Below the pieces are notes generated by a model. That model ran no database searches. It saw only the letters and a list, made by a program, of their open reading frames with translations, and had not been told where the DNA came from. 40,672 bases of DNA from a virus, in the IMG/VR virus record IMGVR_UViG_3300019758_000005, positions 1 to 40,672 of that record. One strand, given 5' to 3'. The position numbers were made by a program, and so were the translations under genes. The first letter of the stretch is position 1. Every line of letters begins with the position of its first letter. Of this stretch, positions 1 through 8,038 are shown piece after piece.

Positions 1-123
1 ACGCAATGGCCTCCAGATAGATACCGTTCAGTAATATGCCCACGCTTACATGGCTTTCCAGTAAAAAAGAATTTTAGATTTTGTTCTTTTGCTTCTTTCT
101 TGGATATAATATTCATTTTGATC
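1..123. repeat. Terminal overlap, left copy (identical to 40550-40672)
   Basis: Read base by base: acgcaatggcctccagatag...attcattttgatc occurs at both window ends. The overlap cuts through the N-terminus of the HNH gene (ATG at 116 equals ATG at 40665). It therefore looks like a circular or permuted-genome assembly overlap rather than a functional terminal repeat. Confidence 0.9.
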
Positions 124-221
124 ACCCTTTATCATTAGGTTGTTATCAGAAGTATGTGGAAGCAGTTGATAAGACTGTTTTCGGCCGCTAAACCTATCCA
201 CTTGGTTATATTAACAGTTTC

Positions 222-1097
222 TTAGCTAAGTTTCCAGAAGCTGCTTTCATTACCCCTGTAAAGTTCAATATTAACGCCCTTAAGCTCAGGGATTGCTTTG
301 TAATTTACACTCCCTTTGCGGATAACCTTAGTCAACTTGCGTCCATTAATCTCGCTGTCACGTTCGCCGCAACGCTCGACTAATTCAGCTAGAAGTTCTT
401 TTTTCTTTGTTTCTAGCTCTTTTATGGTATCGCCAATACTTTTGTATTCATTGGCAATTTCCACAATTAAGCGGTCGGTCTGGCCTTTATGCTTAGGCTC
501 AAGATACCGTAAAGCGTTTGGCATTTCACGCTCTATTAGGTAAGCATCGTAAAACTCTTTAAGCTTTGGAATATTTTCATCAAGCCACTGTTGGTTTAAA
601 TGATCCGTTTCGATTTCGTCACCATGCGGTGCCCACTGGTAAAACTCGACATATTCACGACTGGCACATGCCATTTCGATTTGCGTTTGCGCCATGTAGT
701 GAGGTTGGTCGTGTAGAGTCTTAAATACAGGTGGGTTTTTATCGCGCTGGCCATACGGACATTTAATTTCAGCCACGCCTTTATCACCAATAAGGCCATC
801 GGGTGAAGCGCCTAGCCAATCGTATGTAGGATGCACGAAAAAGCCGCACTCTTCTACAGGTTGATCTAGGTGAAACATTTCCATTTGCTTGGTTGCGCCC
901 GGCTCGTTATGGGTGCCCCATTCCGTCGCAGGGTTGCCAACGAATTCACGCTCTGCATCGTAATAGGCTCGCACCATTTCACGCATTACGTCTGCGGGTT
1001 TCTTAAACGGGCTAAGGCCAAGAATTGCGCCTACATTTGAGCCTGTTATGCGCTCTTTACGTTGTTGGAACCACTCATTGGATCTCTGCTCAATCAT
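222..1097 (-). CDS. YqaJ-like recombination exonuclease (lambda Exo-type PD-(D/E)XK)
   Basis: 291-aa ORF. EWFQQRKERITGSNVGAILGLSPF at the N-terminus and ASPDG...AEIKCP downstream match the YqaJ / lambda-exonuclease pattern. RBS GGAGAG upstream. Lies in a Sak4-SSB-Exo module. Confidence 0.85.
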   Translation of the reverse strand: MIEQRSNEWFQQRKERITGSNVGAILGLSPFKKPADVMREMVRAYYDAEREFVGNPATEWGTHNEPGATKQMEMFHLDQPVEECGFFVHPTYDWLGASPDGLIGDKGVAEIKCPYGQRDKNPPVFKTLHDQPHYMAQTQIEMACASREYVEFYQWAPHGDEIETDHLNQQWLDENIPKLKEFYDAYLIEREMPNALRYLEPKHKGQTDRLIVEIANEYKSIGDTIKELETKKKELLAELVERCGERDSEINGRKLTKVIRKGSVNYKAIPELKGVNIELYRGNESSFWKLS

Positions 1098-1110
1098 AAA
1101 ATACTCTCCT

Positions 1111-1130
1111 AAAAAAGGGGCCGAAGCCCC
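1111..1130 (-). terminator. Intra-operon hairpin terminator/attenuator between the SSB and exonuclease genes
   Basis: On the minus strand: GGGGC-UUCG-GCCCC followed by six U. Confidence 0.55.
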
Positions 1131-1145
1131 TGTGTTAATTAGCGA

Positions 1146-1673
1146 CTAAAAAGGTACGTCGTCGTCCGTTGCTTGGCTAGGCTGCGCCGCTTGCTGCACT
1201 GGCTGCGGCACCGAGTCTTTGCTGGCTACTGAGCGGATACAGTTACCATCGTTAGTGGTGCCGTCATTGTTTTTGATATGGTATTCACCAACTTTAATAA
1301 TCATGGGCTTCATACCTAGACAGCCTAAAAGATTCTCTTGGCTTGGTGCTTGACCGCTTACCATGAGCTTTCCGCCTGCGTTTAAATCGATATTTGCAAG
1401 CATGCGCTTCGCTTTGTCCGCCTTAGAAATATCAGCATCGTATACACGTAATGTTTGAAATACCTTCCGGCCCTTCAATTCCTCAGGCTTTAAAATATCC
1501 CAACGGACTTTTATCTCTTGAGGGCCATTATTAAAACCATCTTTAATGGTGGCCTCTTCAATTAATGCAAGACACTCAGTGCCTTCTTTGATTAGTTCAA
1601 AGTCACCGCCGCCCATTTCAAAAGTACCGGTTGCTTGAATTGTGCTGTTGTCGCTTAGATTCCAGAATGACAT
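1146..1673 (-). CDS. Phage single-stranded DNA-binding protein
   Basis: 175-aa ORF ending in the acidic SSB tail DDDVPF (E. coli SSB ends DDDIPF). Sits between the Sak4-like ATPase and the exonuclease, as phage gp2.5/DUF669-type SSBs do. Confidence 0.7.
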   Translation of the reverse strand: MSFWNLSDNSTIQATGTFEMGGGDFELIKEGTECLALIEEATIKDGFNNGPQEIKVRWDILKPEELKGRKVFQTLRVYDADISKADKAKRMLANIDLNAGGKLMVSGQAPSQENLLGCLGMKPMIIKVGEYHIKNNDGTTNDGNCIRSVASKDSVPQPVQQAAQPSQATDDDVPF

Positions 1674-1684
1674 ATTACTTTCCT

Positions 1685-2527
1685 TTATTGTGGTTGTGTA
1701 GTTGGTTGGTTAAAAAATGGAATGTATTGCAAAAGCGGGTTTTCGCCCTTCAATACCTTAATTTCTTGTGGCATGTTGTAGCGGTTTTTTGCATCAACAT
1801 AGCCGGTTGTGCCATCGGAGGACGTTATCAAATAACGGTCGCCAGATGTTGTAACTCGTGCAGCCTTAGTTTGCTGGCCTTTATTGTTAGACTCGGCACC
1901 CGTTAGGTATCGCTCTTCTTTGATATAAAGAACAGCATCCGAGCGGCTAACATAAAGCTTTTTGCTGCGGTCGTGCATGCCCAAAGAATATGTGCTGTAT
2001 TCGCTCATCTCTTCTGGCGAGGTTTTAACTTTATGAATACCAGTATGACTTAAAAAGATAACAGCCATACCTTTCTTGCGTAAGAACTCAGCTGCGCGAA
2101 TCAGGTTTGAATGCATCCCCATTGATACATCATAGCCTTTGTGAAAGCCGCCCGCTGCATTGCCGATAGAGTCCGCACCCTTATCATCAAAAACAACAAC
2201 TTCTTCTTCAAATAAATCATTAAGAGAAGTTACTGTATCAACTATTACGGTTTTATAGTCATGCTTTTCTTGAATAAGCATGCGCAATTTATCCATGATC
2301 TCAAGTGATGGGCGGTGTCCGGTTTTCTTATCGGCCTTGCTCAACTGCTTTAAGAAAGCTGGCTTTACTTCTGACGTTTCAAAAACCGTCTTTGCATTCT
2401 CAGCTTGGATAAAAATCGGGTTAGGGAATAATCCAGCTAGTGAGGTTTTACCAGCACCTGGGAATCCCACAATTGTGATGATCGGTGCTTGTGGCCCGCT
2501 ATCGTCTAGTTCATCTAATAAGCTCAT
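1685..2527 (-). CDS. Sak4-like RecA-fold ATPase (ssDNA annealing/recombination)
   Basis: Walker A GFPGAGKTS near the N-terminus, with size and context typical of phage Sak4/AAA_24 proteins. Start moved from TTG 2599 to ATG 2527, which has RBS GGAGACGAG. Confidence 0.75.
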   Translation of the reverse strand: MSLLDELDDSGPQAPIITIVGFPGAGKTSLAGLFPNPIFIQAENAKTVFETSEVKPAFLKQLSKADKKTGHRPSLEIMDKLRMLIQEKHDYKTVIVDTVTSLNDLFEEEVVVFDDKGADSIGNAAGGFHKGYDVSMGMHSNLIRAAEFLRKKGMAVIFLSHTGIHKVKTSPEEMSEYSTYSLGMHDRSKKLYVSRSDAVLYIKEERYLTGAESNNKGQQTKAARVTTSGDRYLITSSDGTTGYVDAKNRYNMPQEIKVLKGENPLLQYIPFFNQPTTQPQ

Positions 2528-2567
2528 TGGCTCGTCTCCTTTTGTGTTGTCGTTATCGACAGGAGCA

Positions 2568-2596
2568 AATCTACGCGTTTGAATTTTAAGTGTCAA
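2568..2596 (-). promoter_or_regulatory. Leftward sigma70-type promoter (TTGACA-N17-TAGATT)
   Basis: On the minus strand the -35 TTGACA is at 2596-2591 and the -10 TAGATT at 2573-2568. It lies upstream of the Sak4-like gene. Confidence 0.7.
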
Positions 2597-2622
2597 CAAT
2601 TAATTTTCATTTAATTTATTCT

Positions 2623-2651
2623 TTGCACTAATCTATATCTGATAGTAGTAT
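2623..2651 (+). promoter_or_regulatory. Rightward sigma70-type promoter (TTGCAC-N17-TAGTAT) with an overlapping palindrome
   Basis: -35 at 2623-2628 and -10 at 2646-2651. The inverted repeat CTGATA-gtag-TATCAG (2639-2654) covers the -10 hexamer. Confidence 0.6.
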
Positions 2652-2690
2652 CAGCAAGCGTTTTAGTATTTATACAAAAGGAGAGAGTAA

Positions 2691-4949
2691 ATGACAGATC
2701 ACAGCGACTACATAGAAGCTGGTTTAAGAGTTTTCGGACTGTACGGCGTAAAGGATGAAATGTGCGAATGCGGAAACCCAGATTGCAAGGCTTATTTCAA
2801 GCATCCGCGCACCTCAGCATGGCAACATACCCCGCAATGGTCGGACGAACAAATTGAAATAATGGAGGAAATGGATTATTTCAAAAGCGGCTTTGGCGTT
2901 ATTGTTTCAGGCTTATTGGTTGTGGACGTTGACGCAAGAAACGGTGGCGTGCCGTCTTATGAAAAACTAACAGCATTAATTCCATCTATTAAGGATAGCG
3001 GCTTTATAGTTGAGACAGGTAGTGGAGGCGGATCAAAGCACGTTTATTTTTCATTGCCCGAACCAATAGCTATGGTGCAGACGCACAAAGAATTTGAAGG
3101 CATTGATTTCAAGACAAGTGGCTTTGTGGTTGGTTCTGGCTCCATCCACGCGAGCGGCAACCTATACGAAACCCTAGTTGGCGAACCATCAGAAATAACA
3201 CCAGCGCCGCAAGCATTGATTGAATTGCTACGTAAGCCAGAACGCCACAGGGCGATTATTGACGGAACCGCCATAGACGTGGCAGATAGTGACCTACGTG
3301 AAATGTGTGCACACATTAACCCTAGCTGTGACCACGAGACGTGGATTCGCGTTGGCATGGCTTTGCATCATGCAACGCAGGGTAGCGGCTTATCATTGTG
3401 GGATGATTGGAGCGCCGGCGGGGATACTTACCCGGGTTACGAGCAGCTGGATAAACGCTGGCAGTCATTTGGCAAATCCAGTAATCCCGTATCGCTTGGC
3501 ACACTTATGCACTACGCCCGTGAGGGTGGTTATGTTGAGCCGGTCGATTTTGTACCATCCGTAACATTTGATATGCCAGAAACGCCAGTTGACGACGTGA
3601 CGATTGATCTATTACGCCCGCCTGGCTTTGTCGGCGACTTATGCGCTTGGATTAATGGCCAGTCGCTTTACCCGCGCGAATCCTTGGCGGTGGCCGCAGC
3701 ATTAACAGCTATTAGCAACATGGCAGGTATGCGATACCGTGACGAGTTGGACGGTATGACCCCAAATATTATTGCGTTTTGTGTTGCTGGTTCGGGTACG
3801 GGCAAAGAAGCCATTGGTAAGGCATTCGCAGAGGTTATGCGCCTAGCTGATTTATCCCCTGCTTTGTATGGCGCGTTTAAGTCTGAGCAGGAGTTATACC
3901 GTAACTTATTACGCCATCAGCCTGCGTACTATTCAATTGACGAATTAGGCATCCAGCTAACCAAGATTAAAAACGCAATGTCACGCGGTGGCGCGTCCTA
4001 CCTTGAAGGTTTGCTTGGTGCGGTTATGTCAGTTTACTCGAAAGCTGATTCATTCGTTCCGGTGACTGGCGACTTAAAAGAAGAAATTCGCGCACAGCTT
4101 GGCAAGGAATACGGGGCAATCAATAAACAACTAGACGATGGCCGTGGCAATACCGACCTGTTAGAGCGCAAGCTCAAAACGGTTGAGCGCCAGTTGAGCA
4201 CGATTGATCAGGGGATTGATTCGCCTTATTTGTCGATTATTGGTTACACGACGCCAGCTACGTTCGACGGTCTGTTTGACTTCGAGCAAGCAACAAACGG
4301 GTTTTTATCGCGTGCGATGATATTTAAGGAGCTGGAAAACAACCCGAAGCGCAAACCTAACTTTAAAAAACTACCGATGACCGAGCAAATGCAGAACACT
4401 TTGTTTACGTTACGTCATGGCGGATCGTATAGCGTTGTGCAGGATGCCCGTATTGAGCACACAGCGCAAAAAGTGGGCGTGCCGACGACACCGGAAGCGG
4501 CGGAACTGCTTGACAAGGCTTATAACGAGTTTTGGACAATAGCGGAGCAGCACAAAAACCAGACAGGACTAGAGGCTATTCCACGGCGTGGTTATGAAAT
4601 GGCGGCAAAGGTTAGTTTGATTCTGGCATTGCCTGGAGGGTTACGCACCGAGGAGCACGTTAGATGGGCCGTAGCGCTTGCTAATCGCGATATACAGGAA
4701 AAGCTAAAGCTTGCTTATACAAACAGCGCAGAGAGCGACACAGACCGCCTAGCGGCTAAGATCATGTCTTTGGTTAGCCATGATCACAGCGAGACGCTAG
4801 GCGTTATCCGTAACCGTTGCCGCTCGTTTGACAAGGGGCAAGTTGATGCGGTGTTGAATAAACTTGTCGAAGCTGGGCAGCTTATATGTGAGGAAAGCGA
4901 AACGGAAAGCAAGCGACAAGGGACGGTTAAGAAATACAAAGCGGCCTAG
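2691..4949 (+). CDS. Bifunctional primase-polymerase with C-terminal P-loop helicase-like domain
   Basis: 752 aa. AEP prim-pol motifs (LLVVDVDARNGG, GGGSKHVYF), a PriCT-2-like segment (HETWIRVGMALHH) and a P-loop (VAGSGTGKEA). RBS GGAGAGAG. Confidence 0.85.
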   Translation: MTDHSDYIEAGLRVFGLYGVKDEMCECGNPDCKAYFKHPRTSAWQHTPQWSDEQIEIMEEMDYFKSGFGVIVSGLLVVDVDARNGGVPSYEKLTALIPSIKDSGFIVETGSGGGSKHVYFSLPEPIAMVQTHKEFEGIDFKTSGFVVGSGSIHASGNLYETLVGEPSEITPAPQALIELLRKPERHRAIIDGTAIDVADSDLREMCAHINPSCDHETWIRVGMALHHATQGSGLSLWDDWSAGGDTYPGYEQLDKRWQSFGKSSNPVSLGTLMHYAREGGYVEPVDFVPSVTFDMPETPVDDVTIDLLRPPGFVGDLCAWINGQSLYPRESLAVAAALTAISNMAGMRYRDELDGMTPNIIAFCVAGSGTGKEAIGKAFAEVMRLADLSPALYGAFKSEQELYRNLLRHQPAYYSIDELGIQLTKIKNAMSRGGASYLEGLLGAVMSVYSKADSFVPVTGDLKEEIRAQLGKEYGAINKQLDDGRGNTDLLERKLKTVERQLSTIDQGIDSPYLSIIGYTTPATFDGLFDFEQATNGFLSRAMIFKELENNPKRKPNFKKLPMTEQMQNTLFTLRHGGSYSVVQDARIEHTAQKVGVPTTPEAAELLDKAYNEFWTIAEQHKNQTGLEAIPRRGYEMAAKVSLILALPGGLRTEEHVRWAVALANRDIQEKLKLAYTNSAESDTDRLAAKIMSLVSHDHSETLGVIRNRCRSFDKGQVDAVLNKLVEAGQLICEESETESKRQGTVKKYKAA

Positions 4950-4983
4950 CCGCTTCCCTTCATTAAAAAATGTGTTATATTGG

Positions 4984-5012
4984 CTGAAAGCCGCATGGAT
5001 AGTGGCTTTCAG
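4984..5012 (+). terminator. Hairpin downstream of the primase gene (possible terminator)
   Basis: 9-bp stem CTGAAAGCC/GGCTTTCAG with an 11-nt loop. The trailing sequence is only moderately T-rich (gcttatta). Confidence 0.4.
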
Positions 5013-5018
5013 GCTTAT

Positions 5019-5350
5019 TAAATAGCTTAAATAGTATAAATAGTAGAAAGCTTACTATTTATTAGGGCCAGTAACGGCGCGACCTCTAGCAAGATTTCAG
5101 CATTAAATAGCTAAATAGCAACCGACCTCTGAAACACTATATGAAAATATGGTGTTTTTTGCGTTTTAAATCTCTCTACTATTTAATATTTAACTATTTA
5201 ATAATATATATCTAATAATATATATATAAAAGAATAATAGAATCAGTACCTTATAGGTAAGTAAGTACTAACTACTAAATAGTAGAGGTTTACTATTTAA
5301 TAGACCCCACCAAAAAATGTAATTAATTTGATAATCTCCTCAATAAATAG
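5019..5350. repeat. Iteron field, TAAATAG(T/C) in both orientations, with an AT-rich core (candidate replication origin)
   Basis: Forward copies at 5019, 5028 and 5037 (9-bp phasing), 5104 and 5112, 5276, and 5344. Reverse copies (CTATTTA) at 5055, 5179, 5194 and 5293. A TATATATA-rich stretch lies at 5196-5240. Confidence 0.6.
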
Positions 5351-5387
5351 TAAGATATAACGACTAACTAAATAATAGGTGTGTTTT

Positions 5388-5990
5388 ATGTCAGGCAATT
5401 GCTATGCGGTTTTATTTAATAACGGTGTTTGCAAGCTAGGTAGAAGTGAAAATATAGCTAGCAGGATTTCAAGCCATGTAAAAAGCGGTGAATCAATGGG
5501 TTTAAGTGTCGAGCTTATAGTCATTACTCAGTCAGTTGAAAACGAGAAAATACTGGAGTTAAAGCTTTTATCTAAATTCAAAGGTGAGTCAAACACAAGA
5601 GGTGTTGAATACTTCGAGAATATTGAAAAAGATATGGTGATTAACGCTTTCATGGATCTTGGTGTTGTTTTCTACCCAATCAAGGAAATTAAGAGCGTAA
5701 ATGCTAGTGGCATTGTATGTACGATCCCTAATGGATTTATCCGAGGCGGGGATGAGTCAAAATACATTGACGAACTACAGTTAATCTCATTAAAAACAAA
5801 AATAAAGGAATTCCTATCGGCATCAAACCTAACGACAGGATTGATAACCAACAGACTAAGAAGAAAATCAAAAACCATGGTGTTAAAAGCGTTGTCGGAA
5901 CTAGAACGATGTGGAGCCATAGCCTGCGATAAGCATATCCACCCAACAAAGAAAATAGAAATAGCAACATGGCATCTAATTGATAAATAA
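5388..5990 (+). CDS. T5orf172 / GIY-YIG-like domain protein with C-terminal winged-helix-like region
   Basis: YAVLFNNGVCKLGRSENIASRISSH ... LELKLLSKF ... GVEYFE fits the T5orf172 pattern. The gene is visibly more AT-rich than its neighbours. ATG 5388 preferred over GTG 5379. Confidence 0.6.
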   Translation: MSGNCYAVLFNNGVCKLGRSENIASRISSHVKSGESMGLSVELIVITQSVENEKILELKLLSKFKGESNTRGVEYFENIEKDMVINAFMDLGVVFYPIKEIKSVNASGIVCTIPNGFIRGGDESKYIDELQLISLKTKIKEFLSASNLTTGLITNRLRRKSKTMVLKALSELERCGAIACDKHIHPTKKIEIATWHLIDK

Positions 5991-6050
5991 TCCTTGACCC
6001 CATCGCCCTGTTTTATATACTCAGTGGGCGAACTAACAAAAACGGAGAGA

Positions 6051-6434
6051 ATGATGAAACTACAAGACCTGCTAAGACACATTGCAGATAATGTTGAGAA
6101 TGGCCGCGAGAGGTTGAGCGGATTAATATGGAGCGGCCCGAATGCGGTTCGCAGGGTTTTAACAGAGCCTGAGTGTTTCTCACTAGCACCCCGCACTCAC
6201 GATGTAAACGGGTTTACTGTGCCAGCGCCGGAGGTGGAGGCTCTAACGAAAGGCCAAAAATACTTTTTTGGATACGGCAAACTAGAAGAATGGTTTGGTT
6301 GGTATTTCTGGAGAGATGATTGTATGGATAGAAGAATGCTAAATGGCAAAAACGTATTCTTAACCCCAGAAGCCGCAATCGCAAACGCTAAAGCCATGTT
6401 AGGCATTGACCCATACTCGGAGGGCGAGAAATGA
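6051..6434 (+). CDS. Hypothetical protein
   Basis: ORF with RBS GGAGAG and ATG 6051 (the track start at 5994 is TTG). Its stop overlaps the next ATG (ATGA). Confidence 0.6.
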   Translation: MMKLQDLLRHIADNVENGRERLSGLIWSGPNAVRRVLTEPECFSLAPRTHDVNGFTVPAPEVEALTKGQKYFFGYGKLEEWFGWYFWRDDCMDRRMLNGKNVFLTPEAAIANAKAMLGIDPYSEGEK

Positions 6435-6583
6435 ACAAGCAGATATTAGTCGATGCTTTGGAAGTAGTTAAGCTGGCAATTGAATCTGGCGACACAGAAT
6501 TTCTACAGGAATTAATCTTCACACTTCAATCGCAAGCATGGGATGAGCAAAATGAACCACACGCGCACCATAATCGCCGCTAG
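6431..6583 (+). CDS. Small hypothetical protein (50 aa, below the track cutoff)
   Basis: ATGA overlap with the upstream stop. Hand translation: MNKQILVDALEVVKLAIESGDTEFLQELIF... Confidence 0.4.
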   Translation: MNKQILVDALEVVKLAIESGDTEFLQELIFTLQSQAWDEQNEPHAHHNRR

Positions 6584-6722
6584 CGGGCTTTCAACTAAAG
6601 AGATAGGCAAACGTACTGGCATCCTTCGTTCGATCATTGACGGGGCATACAAGGGCACTGGGCGCGACTTTACGCCGCAGGAAGTGGGGAAGATTGAGCG
6701 GGCATTAGGAGTTAAGCAATGA
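6543..6722 (+). CDS. Small HTH DNA-binding protein (59 aa, below the track cutoff)
   Basis: Hand translation contains the HTH-like segment LSTKEIGKRTGILRSIIDG. Its stop overlaps the methyltransferase ATG (ATGA). ATG 6552 is an alternative start. Confidence 0.5.
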   Translation: MSKMNHTRTIIAASGLSTKEIGKRTGILRSIIDGAYKGTGRDFTPQEVGKIERALGVKQ

Positions 6723-7150
6723 AGAACAGGAATATAAGTCATAGTGACAACTGGGCAACACCTAAATCACTGTATGACGAGCTTAATAGTGAATTTATCT
6801 TTGACTTCGACCCATGTCCATTAAATACAGGAGATATCACTCCAGAAGAAGACGGTCTTTTAATTGAATGGGGCCAAAGTAATTTTATTAACCCGCCTTA
6901 CAGTCGAAAACTAAAAGAGGCATTTGTAGAAAGAGCAGTTGAGTTTAAAGAATTGGGGCGACTTTGTGTCTTGTTATTGCCTGTTAGTACTAGCACAAAG
7001 TTATTTCATGATGTTATTTTACCAAACGCCGATGATATTAGATTTTTGCGTGGGCGAGTTAAGTTTGAAGGAATAAATACAAAAGGCGAGCGTTCAAAAG
7101 GTGCGGGTATGCACGATTCTATGATTGTAGTAATGGATGGCAGAGTATGA
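6719..7150 (+). CDS. Phage-type DNA N6-adenine methyltransferase
   Basis: DNWATPKSLYDEL, FDFDPCP, the catalytic NPPY motif (FINPPYSRK) and LLLPVSTSTKLFHD match the phage Dam family pattern. Confidence 0.85.
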   Translation: MKNRNISHSDNWATPKSLYDELNSEFIFDFDPCPLNTGDITPEEDGLLIEWGQSNFINPPYSRKLKEAFVERAVEFKELGRLCVLLLPVSTSTKLFHDVILPNADDIRFLRGRVKFEGINTKGERSKGAGMHDSMIVVMDGRV

Positions 7151-7521
7151 CCCTAACCCAACTAATCAAATACGCCGACATTAGCCTTGCAGATATGGCA
7201 AAGCTGATCGGCGCAACACATGCACAAATGAAGGCCCGTGCTAATGGCGACAAGCGAGCACTAACGCTGAGCCAGCAAGAGCAGTTAAGGGCCATATTGA
7301 TCGACGAAGAAGAGGATGAAAACGACGGCTTGGATTGGGCAAAGCTGGCGGATAAGTATGAGCCACCAGCGCCAAAAGGTGCCGAGTATTGGGGATATGG
7401 CAGTTTCTACAAAATCGCAAGGGGCCGCGTGTGGATTTACGTGGATTGCGAGTGGATTAAATCAAATAAGACTGAGCAGGCCGTGAAGGGGTATGCGAGG
7501 GTTGAGGAGAAAGCACAATGA
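7147..7521 (+). CDS. Hypothetical protein with HTH-like N-terminus
   Basis: ATGA coupling to the upstream gene. N-terminus reads LTQLIKYADISLADMAKLIGATHAQM. Confidence 0.55.
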   Translation: MTLTQLIKYADISLADMAKLIGATHAQMKARANGDKRALTLSQQEQLRAILIDEEEDENDGLDWAKLADKYEPPAPKGAEYWGYGSFYKIARGRVWIYVDCEWIKSNKTEQAVKGYARVEEKAQ

Positions 7522-8000
7522 AACCAACTAAAGAGCAGTTAGTAGATCAGAAGTGGTGGGATGAGAACTCAAAAGGGTATGATTGTGTTTTTTACCTTGA
7601 AAGAAATGACGAATACCTATTTGCTGATGATAATGGAGAAGGCAGCAACTTTAGATTAATAGCGGGCGGGGCAGGATGGGAACCACTAGCCAAACGCCCA
7701 GAGCCAGAAAATAAGAAAATATATTGGGTTGCTAAAGTAGATTGCTACGGGACACCGTGGAACACAGATGGGCCGCACGAATCCTATAGTAAAGCTAATG
7801 AAGGGTGTGAGCTATTAAAGCAGGTAAACAAAAAAGATAAATACATTGTCACAGAGATGACGTTCAAAAAAATCAAAACCCAGCGCGAGGAGTTGATTGA
7901 CCTTATTTATATGAGCAGTGAAATAGAGCTAGATGCGGCGGCTGCGACGGCTAGTATTATTTTGGGTAAGTACGATTTAACTGAAAAGGATGACAATTAG
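7518..8000 (+). CDS. Hypothetical protein
   Basis: 160-aa ORF, translationally coupled (ATGA) to the upstream gene. Confidence 0.6.
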   Translation: MKPTKEQLVDQKWWDENSKGYDCVFYLERNDEYLFADDNGEGSNFRLIAGGAGWEPLAKRPEPENKKIYWVAKVDCYGTPWNTDGPHESYSKANEGCELLKQVNKKDKYIVTEMTFKKIKTQREELIDLIYMSSEIELDAAAATASIILGKYDLTEKDDN

Positions 8001-8010
8001 CACGCGGCTA

Positions 8011-8038
8011 TTGACACCCGCATTCAGGGTGCTAGTCT
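8011..8038 (+). promoter_or_regulatory. Sigma70-type promoter P1 (TTGACA-N16-TGcTAGTCT), GGTGCTA family
   Basis: -35 at 8011-8016 and -10 at 8033-8038, preceded by GGTGC. Same architecture as 8946, 21730, 35390 and 36380. Confidence 0.65.

Noticed and set aside
1-123. The terminal duplication, considered as a true direct terminal repeat or cos-type end.
   Set aside because: The boundary falls inside the HNH coding sequence, with no end-associated motif. An assembly overlap of a circular or permuted molecule is the simpler reading, though it is not excluded without read data.
316-3504. Track ORFs lying antisense to or inside larger genes: 316-543, 596-799, 1631-1906, 2280-2582, 3044-3358, 3289-3564, 3322-3504. 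The same kind of ORF recurs throughout the track, for example 5672-6196, 12778-13026, 15941-16168, 24246-24731, 30656-31159 and 38373-39819.
   Set aside because: Each lies wholly within a longer ORF that has recognisable motifs, an RBS and tight coupling to its neighbours. They lack RBSs and have low-complexity or Ser/Cys/Leu-rich translations typical of shadow frames.
5379-6050. Upstream alternative starts given by the track: GTG 5379 and TTG 5994. The same applies to TTG 2599, TTG 8282, ATG 8622, ATG 9148, ATG 20652, ATG 30672, ATG 33404 and ATG 34521.
   Set aside because: In each case a downstream ATG or GTG has a GGAG-type RBS at proper spacing or forms an ATGA/GTGA/TAATG junction with the upstream stop. 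The longer version would overlap the preceding gene extensively.
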